Shown here: positions 39,053-48,399 of the stretch, one piece after another
Layout of the letters: each line of letters opens with the position of its first letter
Numbering within the stretch: position 1 is the stretch's first letter
Origin: Gemmatimonas sp.
Lineage (GTDB): Bacteria > Gemmatimonadota > Gemmatimonadetes > Gemmatimonadales > Gemmatimonadaceae
Direction: 5' to 3'
Assembly: GCA_031414535.1 (NCBI GenBank)
Contig: JANNVQ010000054.1
Location: 1 to 64,000 of the forward strand
DNA: 64,000 nt
The notes under the pieces: generated by a model
Told to the model about the DNA's origin: nothing
Databases searched by the model: none
Seen by the model: the letters and a program-made list of their open reading frames with translations, nothing else
Program-made: the position numbers and the translations under genes

Positions 39053-40297
39053 GTGCCCATCTTCGAGGCGGTGCGTCTCGCCCTCAATACCATCCGCGTG
39101 CAGAAGCTGAAGAGTTTCTTCACGCTGGCCGGTGTCTGCATCGGCGTGATGTTCCTCATCACGGTGGTCAGCATCATCGAGGGCATGGGCCGGTATATGA
39201 AGGAGGATTTGGTCGGCAAGCTCATTGCTGTGAATTCCTTTGAGTTGCGCCGCGCGCCGAACATCAATCTCGGCGACGTAGACCAGGCGGAGTGGGACTC
39301 GTGGCGTCGCCGTCCGCGACTGTACGTCTCGGATTTGTTGCCAGTGGTGGAGGCGCTGCCCGAAGGCACGCGCTGGGCCCAGGAATCGGAGAGCAACGTC
39401 ACGGCCGTCACGCGCTTTGCGCGGCCTCGCCAGACCAATGCCATTGGCATTGACGGCGACTGGTTCGCCATCAAGAAACTGGCGTTGCAGGATGGTCGAG
39501 AGTTCACCGCGCTGGAACTCTCGCAGGGTGAGAACGTGGTCATTATCGGGCCGGATATGGTTGACCGCGCCTTTCCAGGCCTCGATCCAATCGGCCGAGA
39601 GATTCGCATCGGTAGCACGCCCTACCGCGTGATTGGCGTGACGGAGTCACGTGGATCGGCGTTCGGCATCTCGTTTGACAACTTTGTCATCGCGCCGTGG
39701 CGCTCGCCGATTCGCAAGCTTTTGAATCCCGCCTCGCAGATGATTGACGCGGTCGTGATCCAGGCGGACAACCAAGCCGTGCTGATGGAGGCGCAGGAGC
39801 GGGTCCGCGCCGTCATGCGCACGCGCCACGGGCTGCGGCCGAGTGAGACGGATGACTTCGCCATGCAGACTTCAGAGAGTGCTCTCGAGTTCTGGAACAA
39901 GATCGAAGGCTACTTGGTGATTGCCGGAGTGGCCTTGCCCGCGATTGGACTCGTCGTCGGCGCGATTGTCATCATGAACATCATGCTCGTCGCGGTTGCG
40001 GAGCGTACACGAGAGATTGGCATTCGTAAGGCGCTCGGTGCGAAGCGCCGAGACATCCTGGCGCAGTTCCTCGTGGAGTCGGCGACGCTGAGCACCCTTG
40101 GTGCGCTGATGGGCATCGCGCTGGGCATCGGGCTCGCGGAGGCCATCGCGGCGGTCACGCCGCTGCCGGCAAGTGTCGCGCCCTGGTCCATCGTCGTCGG
40201 CGTTGCCGTCGGCATGGGCGTCGGTATCGTGTCTGGCGTGTATCCGGCGAGCCGCGCATCGCGCCTCGATCCCGTCGTCGCACTGCGTCAGGAGTAG
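39053..40297 (+). CDS. MacB/FtsX-type ABC permease A1
   Basis: KSFFTL, IVIMNIMLVAVAERTREIGIRKALGA, ends LRQE. Confidence 0.92.
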   Translation: MPIFEAVRLALNTIRVQKLKSFFTLAGVCIGVMFLITVVSIIEGMGRYMKEDLVGKLIAVNSFELRRAPNINLGDVDQAEWDSWRRRPRLYVSDLLPVVEALPEGTRWAQESESNVTAVTRFARPRQTNAIGIDGDWFAIKKLALQDGREFTALELSQGENVVIIGPDMVDRAFPGLDPIGREIRIGSTPYRVIGVTESRGSAFGISFDNFVIAPWRSPIRKLLNPASQMIDAVVIQADNQAVLMEAQERVRAVMRTRHGLRPSETDDFAMQTSESALEFWNKIEGYLVIAGVALPAIGLVVGAIVIMNIMLVAVAERTREIGIRKALGAKRRDILAQFLVESATLSTLGALMGIALGIGLAEAIAAVTPLPASVAPWSIVVGVAVGMGVGIVSGVYPASRASRLDPVVALRQE

Positions 40298-40300
40298 CCC

Positions 40301-41554
40301 GTGAGCCTCAGCGCCCGGATCTACAACATTACGGAAGGCGTGCGCATCGCCGTCGAGAGCATCGTCGGCAACAAGGTGCGGGCGGGCCTGACCATTCTCG
40401 GTGTCGCTGTGGGTGTGTTCGTCGTGGTTGTGATCTCGGCGGCGGTGCACGGCATCAACATGAGCGTAGCTAAGGACTTCGAATCCACGGGACCGACAAC
40501 CTTTTTCGTGTCGCGCTATCCCATCAGCTTCGAGGCCTGCGACGGTACGGAAGACACCTGCGCGTGGCTGCGGAACCCGTCCATCACGTGGGACGAGGTG
40601 AACCGCGTGTCCACGCTTGAGAACGCGGCGGCTGTGGGCGTTCGCATGGATTGGAGCGGCGCGTTCAAGTATCGCGATCAACTGCTGCCCTCGGCATCGA
40701 TTGAAGCCTACACAGCCAACTGGAGCCTCTTCGGCGCTCCGGAGATGCAGCCGGGGGGCCGCGTGTTCACCGATCAGGAGTTCCGCTCGGCGGCGCGCGT
40801 GGTCGTCCTCAACACGACGGCCGCCGAACGCTTGTTTGGCGACAGCGATCCGCTCGACAAGACGATGACGGTGAACGGCATCCCGTTCCAGGTTATCGGC
40901 ATCTACAAGGACAACGCGTCGTTCCTCGCTGGCGGCGATCGCCCCAAGGGCGTGATGCCGGTGACGACGTTGCAGCGCGCCCTCAACGTGCGACGCAGCG
41001 ATATGGGACTTGTGATTAAGCCACGAGCGGGAGTGGAGCGCGACCTGATGGTGGACGAGGTGACGGCCACCCTTCGTGGTATGCGCGGCCAGCGCCCAAC
41101 CGAGGAGTCGAGCTTCGCCATCATCACGCAGGACAAGCTCATGGAGACCTACGACAAGATCTTCGGCATGTTCTTTCTCGTGATGATTGCGCTGTCCGCC
41201 GTGGGCTTGATTGTGGGCGGGGTGGGCGTGGTCGCCATCATGATGATCTCCGTGACCGAGCGTACCCGTGAGATCGGGGTACGAAAGGCCCTTGGCGCGA
41301 CGCGCCTGACAATCCTCTGGCAGTTCTTGATTGAAGCGGTCACCCTCACCGGCATCGGGGCCGTCATTGGCCTCGGCGGCGGCTGGTTGGTGGCTTTCCT
41401 GATTCGGACCGGCACGAGCATTGAGGCGAGCATCCCGCCGGGTGCGGTGGTGGCATCGCTGTTGGCCAGTGCGGTCACTGGCGTATTGTTCGGTATGATT
41501 CCCGCGGCGCGCGCCGCCAAGTTGGATCCAGTGGAAGCCCTTCGACACGAGTGA
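40301..41554 (+). CDS. MacB/FtsX-type ABC permease B1
   Basis: NKVRAGLTILG, VGGVGVVAIMMISVTERTREIG, ends LRHE. Confidence 0.92.
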   Translation: MSLSARIYNITEGVRIAVESIVGNKVRAGLTILGVAVGVFVVVVISAAVHGINMSVAKDFESTGPTTFFVSRYPISFEACDGTEDTCAWLRNPSITWDEVNRVSTLENAAAVGVRMDWSGAFKYRDQLLPSASIEAYTANWSLFGAPEMQPGGRVFTDQEFRSAARVVVLNTTAAERLFGDSDPLDKTMTVNGIPFQVIGIYKDNASFLAGGDRPKGVMPVTTLQRALNVRRSDMGLVIKPRAGVERDLMVDEVTATLRGMRGQRPTEESSFAIITQDKLMETYDKIFGMFFLVMIALSAVGLIVGGVGVVAIMMISVTERTREIGVRKALGATRLTILWQFLIEAVTLTGIGAVIGLGGGWLVAFLIRTGTSIEASIPPGAVVASLLASAVTGVLFGMIPAARAAKLDPVEALRHE

Positions 41555-41557
41555 CAC

Positions 41558-42796
41558 ATGCCGCTGATTGAAGCGGTTCGGTTAGCGCTGCAGCAGATCA
41601 GGGTGCAGAAGCTGAAAAGCTTCTTCACCCTGATTGGCGTGATGATCGGCGTCATGTTCCTGATTGCCGTCGTCTCGATTGTCGAAGGGATGAGCGATTA
41701 CGTTGAGAACGATTTCGCCGCTAAGATCATTGGCATCAACACCTTCGACTTCCGGCGATTCCCCAACTTCACGCCAAACGAAGATGATGATGAGTGGCGC
41801 GCATACCTGCGCCGACCACGCATCTTCCAGCCCGACGCCGATGTCGTCGCCGAGGCCTTGGGCTCGCAGTTCCGCGTGGCCCGCGTGAACGAGACGTTCA
41901 TGAACGCCTCCGCGCCGGGCTCACGGCCGCAGTCGGTACAGGCCATCGCCACGGACGAGAGCTACTTCGAGATCAAGCGCTTCGCCATCACGTCAGGCCG
42001 CGCCTTTAATTCGCAGGATGTCGCTTCCGGCAGCAAAGTGGTCGTCATCGGCGACGAGATCGCGAAGTACTATTGGCCGAACCTCGATCCGGTGGGCCGC
42101 GAACTGCGACTGGGCGGCCATGTCTATCAGGTGGTCGGCTTGATTGAGCCGCAGGGCTCGGTGTTTGGGTTCTCGATGGACCGCATGGTCATCGCGCCCT
42201 TCAGCGCGCCGCTGTCCCGCACAATCCGACCGCGCGGCGACATCGGGCGCATTACCGTCCAGGCGAGCAACCGTGAGATTCTCGACGACGGGATGGAAGT
42301 CTCGCGCGAAGCCCTGCGTGGGTTCCGGCGCCTCGGCCCCGGTGAGAAGGACGACTTTGCGCTCGAGACCTCCGATGCCGCGCTCAGCTTCTTCGATGAG
42401 TTGAAGGGCAAGTTGATCCTCTTCGGTACAGCACTTCCGGCCATCGGCCTCGTCGTCGGCGCGATGGTGATTATGAACATCATGCTGGTGGCGGTCTCTG
42501 AGCGCACACGTGAGATCGGCGTACGCAAAGCGTTGGGTGCACGGCGCAAGGACATCATCGCGCAGTTCTTGGTGGAGGCCGCCACGCTCTCGGTAATCGG
42601 CGCCGCTATCGGGGCCTTGCTGGGGATTGGTATTGCGCAGCTCATCGCAGCCGTCACTCCGCTGCCGGCCTCCGTGGCACCGTGGTCGCTGGTAGCCGCG
42701 CTCGTGGTTGGCGCGGGCGTGGGCATCGTCGCCGGCATTTATCCGGCGAGCCGAGCATCACGGCTGGATCCCATCGCCGCGCTGCGGCAGGAATAG
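41558..42796 (+). CDS. MacB/FtsX-type ABC permease A2
   Basis: KSFFTL, VIMNIMLVAVSERTREIG, ends LRQE. Confidence 0.92.
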   Translation: MPLIEAVRLALQQIRVQKLKSFFTLIGVMIGVMFLIAVVSIVEGMSDYVENDFAAKIIGINTFDFRRFPNFTPNEDDDEWRAYLRRPRIFQPDADVVAEALGSQFRVARVNETFMNASAPGSRPQSVQAIATDESYFEIKRFAITSGRAFNSQDVASGSKVVVIGDEIAKYYWPNLDPVGRELRLGGHVYQVVGLIEPQGSVFGFSMDRMVIAPFSAPLSRTIRPRGDIGRITVQASNREILDDGMEVSREALRGFRRLGPGEKDDFALETSDAALSFFDELKGKLILFGTALPAIGLVVGAMVIMNIMLVAVSERTREIGVRKALGARRKDIIAQFLVEAATLSVIGAAIGALLGIGIAQLIAAVTPLPASVAPWSLVAALVVGAGVGIVAGIYPASRASRLDPIAALRQE

Positions 42797-42799
42797 GGC

Positions 42800-44062
42800 A
42801 TGCGCATCTGGGATCGCTTCGCGATGACCTTCGAGGGCATGCTCATGGCCCTCGAGTCACTCCGCGCCAACAAAGTCCGAGCGGCACTGACGATTTCTGG
42901 CGTGGCCATCGGCGTGTTCGTGGTGGTGGCTATGGGCGCCACAGTGCACGGCATCCGGCAATCGTTTCAATCAGATATGGACGAGTTCGGCACGAGCACC
43001 TTCCAGGTGCGACGCCGCAACCCCGGCTTCAATAATTGCAATCCGACGCAAGACTGTCCTGACCGCCGCAATCCCGGTGTATCGCTGGCGGAGTGGCGGA
43101 CGATTCGTGAGCTGCCAGAAGTGGAAAGCGCCATGGCCTGGCTGATGGGCGGCGGCACGGCGACGTATCGCGACCGGATCGTGAAGAACGTGGGCTACGA
43201 TGCGCAGAGCACGGAGTGGATCCGCACCGACCAAGCCGACATCTTCCCGGGTCGTACCTTTACCGAGAGCGAGCACGACGCCGCGGCGTTGGTGACCTTG
43301 GTGAACCAGAAGCTTGCGACCGATTTGTTCGGCGACTCCGACCCCATCGGGAAGGAGATTGATCTCAACGGCACGCGCTTTCAGGTGATTGGCGTATATC
43401 AGACGAAGGCCGGCTTCCTGAAGTCGTTGGACGGTCGCGGTCCAGACACGCCGCGCATGGTTCTCCCAATGATGACGGCATACCGACGCCTCGATGTCTG
43501 GCGTCTGTCCATGATGCTGATGGTGAAACCGGGCGATGGCGTCACTCGCGACGCGGCGATGGACGCGGTAACCGCCACCCTGCGCGGCATGCGCGGCCTG
43601 CGGCCAAGTCAGATTAACTCGTTCTACTTGGTGGGGCAGGACAAGATGATGGAGACCTTCAACTCGCTCTTCGGCGCGATTTTTATGGTTGGCATCGGAT
43701 TGTCTGCCGTCGGCCTCCTCGTCGGTGGGGTGGGCGTGGTGGCCATTATGATGATCTCGGTGACCGAGCGTACGCGTGAGATTGGTGTGCGAAAGGCGCT
43801 GGGCGCAACGCGCGGCACCATTCTCTGGCAGTTCTTGGTGGAGGCGGCGACCCTTACCACGCTGGGTGCCTTGATTGGGTTGATGTTGGGAGGACTGTTA
43901 GCCTGGATCATCCGCGCGAACTCGTCCATTCCCGCGTCCATCCCCCTCGGCGCAATCGTCTCCTCGCTGGTTGGCGCGGCGCTCACCGGCGTAGTGTTTG
44001 GCATGTTACCGGCCACCCGCGCCTCCAAACTGGACCCTGTTGAGGCCCTGCGGCACGAGTAG
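42800..44062 (+). CDS. MacB/FtsX-type ABC permease B2
   Basis: NKVRAALTISG, VGGVGVVAIMMISVTERTREIG, ends LRHE. Confidence 0.92.
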   Translation: MRIWDRFAMTFEGMLMALESLRANKVRAALTISGVAIGVFVVVAMGATVHGIRQSFQSDMDEFGTSTFQVRRRNPGFNNCNPTQDCPDRRNPGVSLAEWRTIRELPEVESAMAWLMGGGTATYRDRIVKNVGYDAQSTEWIRTDQADIFPGRTFTESEHDAAALVTLVNQKLATDLFGDSDPIGKEIDLNGTRFQVIGVYQTKAGFLKSLDGRGPDTPRMVLPMMTAYRRLDVWRLSMMLMVKPGDGVTRDAAMDAVTATLRGMRGLRPSQINSFYLVGQDKMMETFNSLFGAIFMVGIGLSAVGLLVGGVGVVAIMMISVTERTREIGVRKALGATRGTILWQFLVEAATLTTLGALIGLMLGGLLAWIIRANSSIPASIPLGAIVSSLVGAALTGVVFGMLPATRASKLDPVEALRHE

Positions 44063-44082
44063 TCGTGACCTCTTTAGACGAG

Positions 44083-44117
44083 ATGGGCGCGGCCTTGGGT
44101 CGCGCCCATTTAGTTTT
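44083..44117 (+). terminator. Intrinsic terminator-like hairpin between permease pairs 2 and 3
   Basis: ATGGGCGCGGCC-TTG-GGTCGCGCCCAT followed by TTAGTTTT. Confidence 0.65.
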
Positions 44118-44122
44118 CGTAG

Positions 44123-45367
44123 ATGATGCGCCACCGTGACGTCCTTGGAATCGCCATTGCGCAGATCCGCGGCAATCCGCTCCGGACTTTCTTCACGCTG
44201 CTAGGCATCATCGTCTCCGTCGCCTTTTTGATTGCGGTGGTGGCCATCATCCAAGGGATGAATGCCTACGTGAAGGAGAACATCGCGGACGCGATGATTG
44301 GCGCGAACTCCTTCCAAGTGCGCCGCACGCCGATTCAACTCGGCACCTTCAACGACGATCAGTGGGCGCGGGTGCAGAAGCGCCCGCGCATCACGTCGCG
44401 CGATGCCGACGTTGTACGCGCGGCCATTCCCGAAGCGGACGCCATCTCCCTGCAGTCCGGATGGCCGACCCCAAACACCGACGTCGTGTGGCGCAGTCGG
44501 ACGATTGGCTCCGTGATGGTCTTTGGCATCACGGCCCCGTATCAGATTGTGCAGGACTACAAGCCGATGTTCGGGCGGGCATTGTCAGACCTCGACGTCC
44601 AGCGACGCCTTCCCTCTGTCGTACTTGGGGCGGAGGTCGCGGAAAAGCTCTTTGAAGCGGTGGACCCCATCGGCCAAGAAGTGAAGCTGGCGGGCGAGCG
44701 CTTCACGGTGATTGGCGTGAATGAGGCCAAGGGGCGTGTGCTTGGGCAATCGTTTGACAACTACGCACTCATTCCCATCTCGCGGTTCGAGATGCTCTAC
44801 GGACGTCGCCTCACTAATACGGTTTCGGTGAAGGTCCCAGAAGGCGGAGATGTTGCGGCACTGATGCAGCGCGCCGAAGAGGCGATGCGTTTGGCGCATG
44901 GGCTGCGCCCGAGCGAGGAGAATGACTTCTCCATCGAGACCTCGGATGCGCTGGTGAGCTTCTGGAAAGATCTCACGCGCATTCTGTTCGCAGTGGTACC
45001 GGCCGTGGTGGCAATCGGCATCGTCGTCGGCGGCATCGTGATCATGAACATCATGCTGATGGCCGTCAACGAGCGGACGCGTGAGATTGGGATTCGAAAG
45101 GCGGTAGGCGCGCGCGCCCGCGACATCGAACGGCAGTTTCTCGCGGAGACGGTGGCACTGTCGGCGCTCGGCGGCTTGCTAGGCGTGATGGCCGGATGGG
45201 CGTTCGCGTTCATCGTCTCCGTGGTGAGCCCGTTACCAGCCAGGATTACTTGGTGGTCGGTGCTCGTGGCGTTGGCACTCGGCGCGGGCGTTGGCGTGAT
45301 CTTCGGCGTGTACCCTGCCCGCCGCGCTGCGCGGCTGGATCCCGTGGCCGCGATGCGGCAGGAATAG
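44123..45367 (+). CDS. MacB/FtsX-type ABC permease A3
   Basis: RTFFTLLG, IVIMNIMLMAVNERTREIG, ends MRQE. Confidence 0.92.
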   Translation: MMRHRDVLGIAIAQIRGNPLRTFFTLLGIIVSVAFLIAVVAIIQGMNAYVKENIADAMIGANSFQVRRTPIQLGTFNDDQWARVQKRPRITSRDADVVRAAIPEADAISLQSGWPTPNTDVVWRSRTIGSVMVFGITAPYQIVQDYKPMFGRALSDLDVQRRLPSVVLGAEVAEKLFEAVDPIGQEVKLAGERFTVIGVNEAKGRVLGQSFDNYALIPISRFEMLYGRRLTNTVSVKVPEGGDVAALMQRAEEAMRLAHGLRPSEENDFSIETSDALVSFWKDLTRILFAVVPAVVAIGIVVGGIVIMNIMLMAVNERTREIGIRKAVGARARDIERQFLAETVALSALGGLLGVMAGWAFAFIVSVVSPLPARITWWSVLVALALGAGVGVIFGVYPARRAARLDPVAAMRQE

Positions 45368-45370
45368 CGC

Positions 45371-46624
45371 ATGCGCATCTTGGTGCTGCTCGATCAGTAC
45401 AAGGAGAACGTCGGCATCGCCATGGATACGATGCGCGTGGCCAAGCTCCGCTCAGCCCTCACCATTCTCGGCGTGGTGATTGGTGTGGCGACCGTGATGA
45501 CGATGGCTTCGCTGGTGGAGGGGCTGCGTTCACAGATCATCGCGTCGGTGGAGGTCGCGGGACCGACCACCTTCTATGTGCTTAAGGCGTACTCCAGCAC
45601 GCCGGTGAACCCCGACAACCCGCCGGCCTACATCCGTATTCGCCCCGACCTCACGAGCGACGAGGCCGATCGCATCAAGCGGCTCCCCGAAGTTGCGTAC
45701 GCGGGCATCTGGGGACAGACCCTCACACGGCTGTCCTACGGCGCGGAGCGCTCGCAGCCCACGGCGATCTTCGGCGCGGACGACGGGTTCACGCTCGTTC
45801 AAGGCGGCGAGCTTACCGAAGGCCGTTGGTTCACGCGCAATGAAGTGGCGAGCGGGGCGTCAGTGGTTGTGCTTGATGACGCGAAGGCGCGTCGGCTCTT
45901 TGGGCGAGAGTCCATCGTGGGCAAGACGATGCAGGTCGGTGGTCGTCCGATGGAGGTGATTGGTTTGTACCAACCGCCCGAGAACATCTTTGCACCACCA
46001 GGCGCCGAGACCGGGGCCATCATTCCGTTCAAACTATTGGAGGCGCAGTTTCGCTTCGACAAGACGAATGCGCTGTGGATTCCCGTGGTGCCGCGCGAGG
46101 GAGTGAGCGTCGCGGATGCGCAGGAGGCAGTGACGATTGCGATGCGCGAGTCGCGTCGTCTGCGTCCGTCGCAGCGCAACAGTTTTGATCTGGTGACGGC
46201 CGATCAGATTCTGGAAGTATTCAATCAACTGACCGGCGTCTTCTTCGTGGTGATGCTAGTGCTGGCGTCGGTGGCGCTGCTCGTGGGCGGCATCGGTGTG
46301 ATGGCAATCATGATGGTGTCCGTGACCGATCGCACGCGCGAGATTGGCATCCGTAAGGCGCTGGGCGCCACACGGGGCGATATCGCGGCGCAGTTCTTGA
46401 TTGAAGCCGCGACGCTCACGGGCATCGGCGGCATCGTGGGCATCATCGTCGGGCTCGGTGCAGGCGCGTTGGTGACGAAGCTGCTTGGCATCGAGGCGTC
46501 GCCTCCGCTCGCACTGACCTTGATTGCGGTGGTGGTGTCGGTCGGCATCGGCGTGGTTTTCGGTGTATTGCCCGCTCGCCGTGCCGCTCGGCTGGACCCC
46601 ATCGAAGCGCTCAGATACGAGTAA
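45371..46624 (+). CDS. MacB/FtsX-type ABC permease B3
   Basis: KLRSALTILG, VGGIGVMAIMMVSVTDRTREIG, ends LRYE. Confidence 0.92.
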   Translation: MRILVLLDQYKENVGIAMDTMRVAKLRSALTILGVVIGVATVMTMASLVEGLRSQIIASVEVAGPTTFYVLKAYSSTPVNPDNPPAYIRIRPDLTSDEADRIKRLPEVAYAGIWGQTLTRLSYGAERSQPTAIFGADDGFTLVQGGELTEGRWFTRNEVASGASVVVLDDAKARRLFGRESIVGKTMQVGGRPMEVIGLYQPPENIFAPPGAETGAIIPFKLLEAQFRFDKTNALWIPVVPREGVSVADAQEAVTIAMRESRRLRPSQRNSFDLVTADQILEVFNQLTGVFFVVMLVLASVALLVGGIGVMAIMMVSVTDRTREIGIRKALGATRGDIAAQFLIEAATLTGIGGIVGIIVGLGAGALVTKLLGIEASPPLALTLIAVVVSVGIGVVFGVLPARRAARLDPIEALRYE

Positions 46625-46629
46625 GGCGG

Positions 46630-46755
46630 GTCACCACGAAGGCACGAAGGGAGCCGAGACAACCTCACGGCCCCGCGACCCCTGAAAGCAGCAATATTTA
46701 TGAGGAACTGCGGGGCTTCAGGCGTACTGAGCGCCCTTCGTGCCTTCGTGGTGAC
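46630..46755. repeat. 126-bp element bounded by a perfect 22-bp inverted repeat (REPIN/MITE-like)
   Basis: GTCACCACGAAGGCACGAAGGG (46630-46651) / CCCTTCGTGCCTTCGTGGTGAC (46734-46755). Confidence 0.85.
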
Positions 46756-46813
46756 GCCGTTTAGGTTATCTTTAGGGCTCGCAAGAACCTTGCTTCACTT
46801 TCAGTAGATTATT

Positions 46814-48337
46814 TTGACTTCGTTTGCATCTCTCGGGCTCGCCCCGTCGCTCGTCCGCGCCACCGTAGATCTTGGTTGGACCGTTCCGACGCAGATCCAG
46901 CTCGACGCCATCCCCCACGCGCGTGATGGCAAGGACGTCCTCGCCTGCGCAATGACCGGCAGCGGCAAGACCGGCGCCTTCCTACTTCCACTGCTTCACC
47001 GCCTCTCGCAGCACCAGACGCGGGCAACGCGCGCGTTGGTGCTCACACCCACGCGTGAGCTCGCCGCGCAGGTGCACTCCGACCTCGTGAACCTCGCCAA
47101 GCACAGCGGCATCAAGGGTGCCGCCGTGTTCGGTGGCGTTGGCATGGGCCCGCAGGAGTCGGCGTTCCGCAACAAGGTGGATGTGGTCATCGCGACGCCC
47201 GGCCGCTTGCTCGATCACATGGGCCAAGGCGGCAAGTACGTGGACTTCAGCAAGCTCGAAGTCCTCATCCTCGACGAAGCGGACCGCATGCTCGACATGG
47301 GCTTCCTGCCCGCCATCAAGCAGGTGCTCCGGCAGATCCCGTCAAAGCGTCAGACGCTGTTCTTCAGCGCCACATTGCCAGCGCCGATTGTTGAGCTCTC
47401 AAAGCAGATGCTTCACGAGCCGGTGCGCTTGAACGTGGAGCGCGTGTCCAAGCCTGCCGCGAAGATTGAGCAGGCCGTGTGGGCCGTGAAGGAAACGCTC
47501 AAGGCGGATCTCTTCATCGCGCTGCTCCGGGCGAACGTCGTTGGCAACGTGATCTGCTTCACGCGCACCAAACATCGTTCGAATCGCCTCGCGGACATCC
47601 TCACGAAGGCTGGCGTGCCCAATGCCCGCATCCACGGCAATCGGTCGCAGGCACAGCGTACGGAAGCCCTCGCGCACTTTAAGGATGGAAAGATTCGCGT
47701 GCTCGTCGCCACGGACATCGTGGCCCGTGGCATTGACGTTGAGGCGCTCGAGCATGTCGTGAACTTTGATGTGCCGCACATGCCTGAGGATTACATCCAT
47801 CGCGTGGGCCGCACAGCGCGCGCTGATGCCTCGGGCGAAGCGTTCACGCTGGTCTCGCCGGAAGAAGAGGCAGATCTGCGCAGCATCGAGAAAGCGATTG
47901 CACGCAAGTTGCCGCGGCGCACACTCGAAGGCTTCAACTACGGCCACGTTCCTGTTGAGCGCTTTGAGGTACCAATCGCCGAACGCATCGCGGCGATTCG
48001 CGCGCGGAAGGCCGAAGAGCGCGCACGCGCGAAGGCCAAGCTTGAGCGGAAGAATTCGCATGGGGGCGGTGGAGCGCGGAAGAGCACCGAGCCTGCAGGA
48101 CGGAAGACGTCTGAGCACGCGGGACGGAAGGCGGAAGACGGAAGGAGTGCATCGTCCGGCTCTGGCGCCGCTGGGGCTGGCTCTGGGCCGAGTTCTGGCC
48201 CGCGACGCCGACGGGGTGGTGGTGGCGGACGCCCAGGCGGCCCTTCGAGTGGCGGCGGACGGCCGAGCGGCAACAAGCCCAGCGGCAACAAGCCCAGCGG
48301 CAGTAAACCCAGCGGTCCGTACCGCGGCCCGCGCTGA
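46814..48337 (+). CDS. DEAD-box RNA helicase (RhlE-like)
   Basis: TGSGKT, PTRELA, TPGRL, DEAD, SAT, ARGID, HRVGRTAR; TTG start; Gly/Arg/Lys-rich tail. Confidence 0.93.
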   Translation: MTSFASLGLAPSLVRATVDLGWTVPTQIQLDAIPHARDGKDVLACAMTGSGKTGAFLLPLLHRLSQHQTRATRALVLTPTRELAAQVHSDLVNLAKHSGIKGAAVFGGVGMGPQESAFRNKVDVVIATPGRLLDHMGQGGKYVDFSKLEVLILDEADRMLDMGFLPAIKQVLRQIPSKRQTLFFSATLPAPIVELSKQMLHEPVRLNVERVSKPAAKIEQAVWAVKETLKADLFIALLRANVVGNVICFTRTKHRSNRLADILTKAGVPNARIHGNRSQAQRTEALAHFKDGKIRVLVATDIVARGIDVEALEHVVNFDVPHMPEDYIHRVGRTARADASGEAFTLVSPEEEADLRSIEKAIARKLPRRTLEGFNYGHVPVERFEVPIAERIAAIRARKAEERARAKAKLERKNSHGGGGARKSTEPAGRKTSEHAGRKAEDGRSASSGSGAAGAGSGPSSGPRRRRGGGGGRPGGPSSGGGRPSGNKPSGNKPSGSKPSGPYRGPR

Positions 48338-48343
48338 ACAAAC

Positions 48344-48378
48344 AAAGGGGAGTGAGACATCGAGTCTCGCTCCCCTTT
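48344..48378. terminator. Bidirectional terminator between the helicase and the M28 peptidase
   Basis: AAAGGGGAGTGAGAC-ATCGA-GTCTCGCTCCCCTTT between convergent genes. Confidence 0.75.
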
Positions 48379-48399
48379 CGTCTTCCGTCTTTCGTCCAG

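Noticed and set aside
39872..41557. 561-aa minus-strand ORF and similar antisense ORFs across the permeases
   Set aside because: Shadows of well-supported permease genes; their mutual similarity follows from the sense-strand paralogy.
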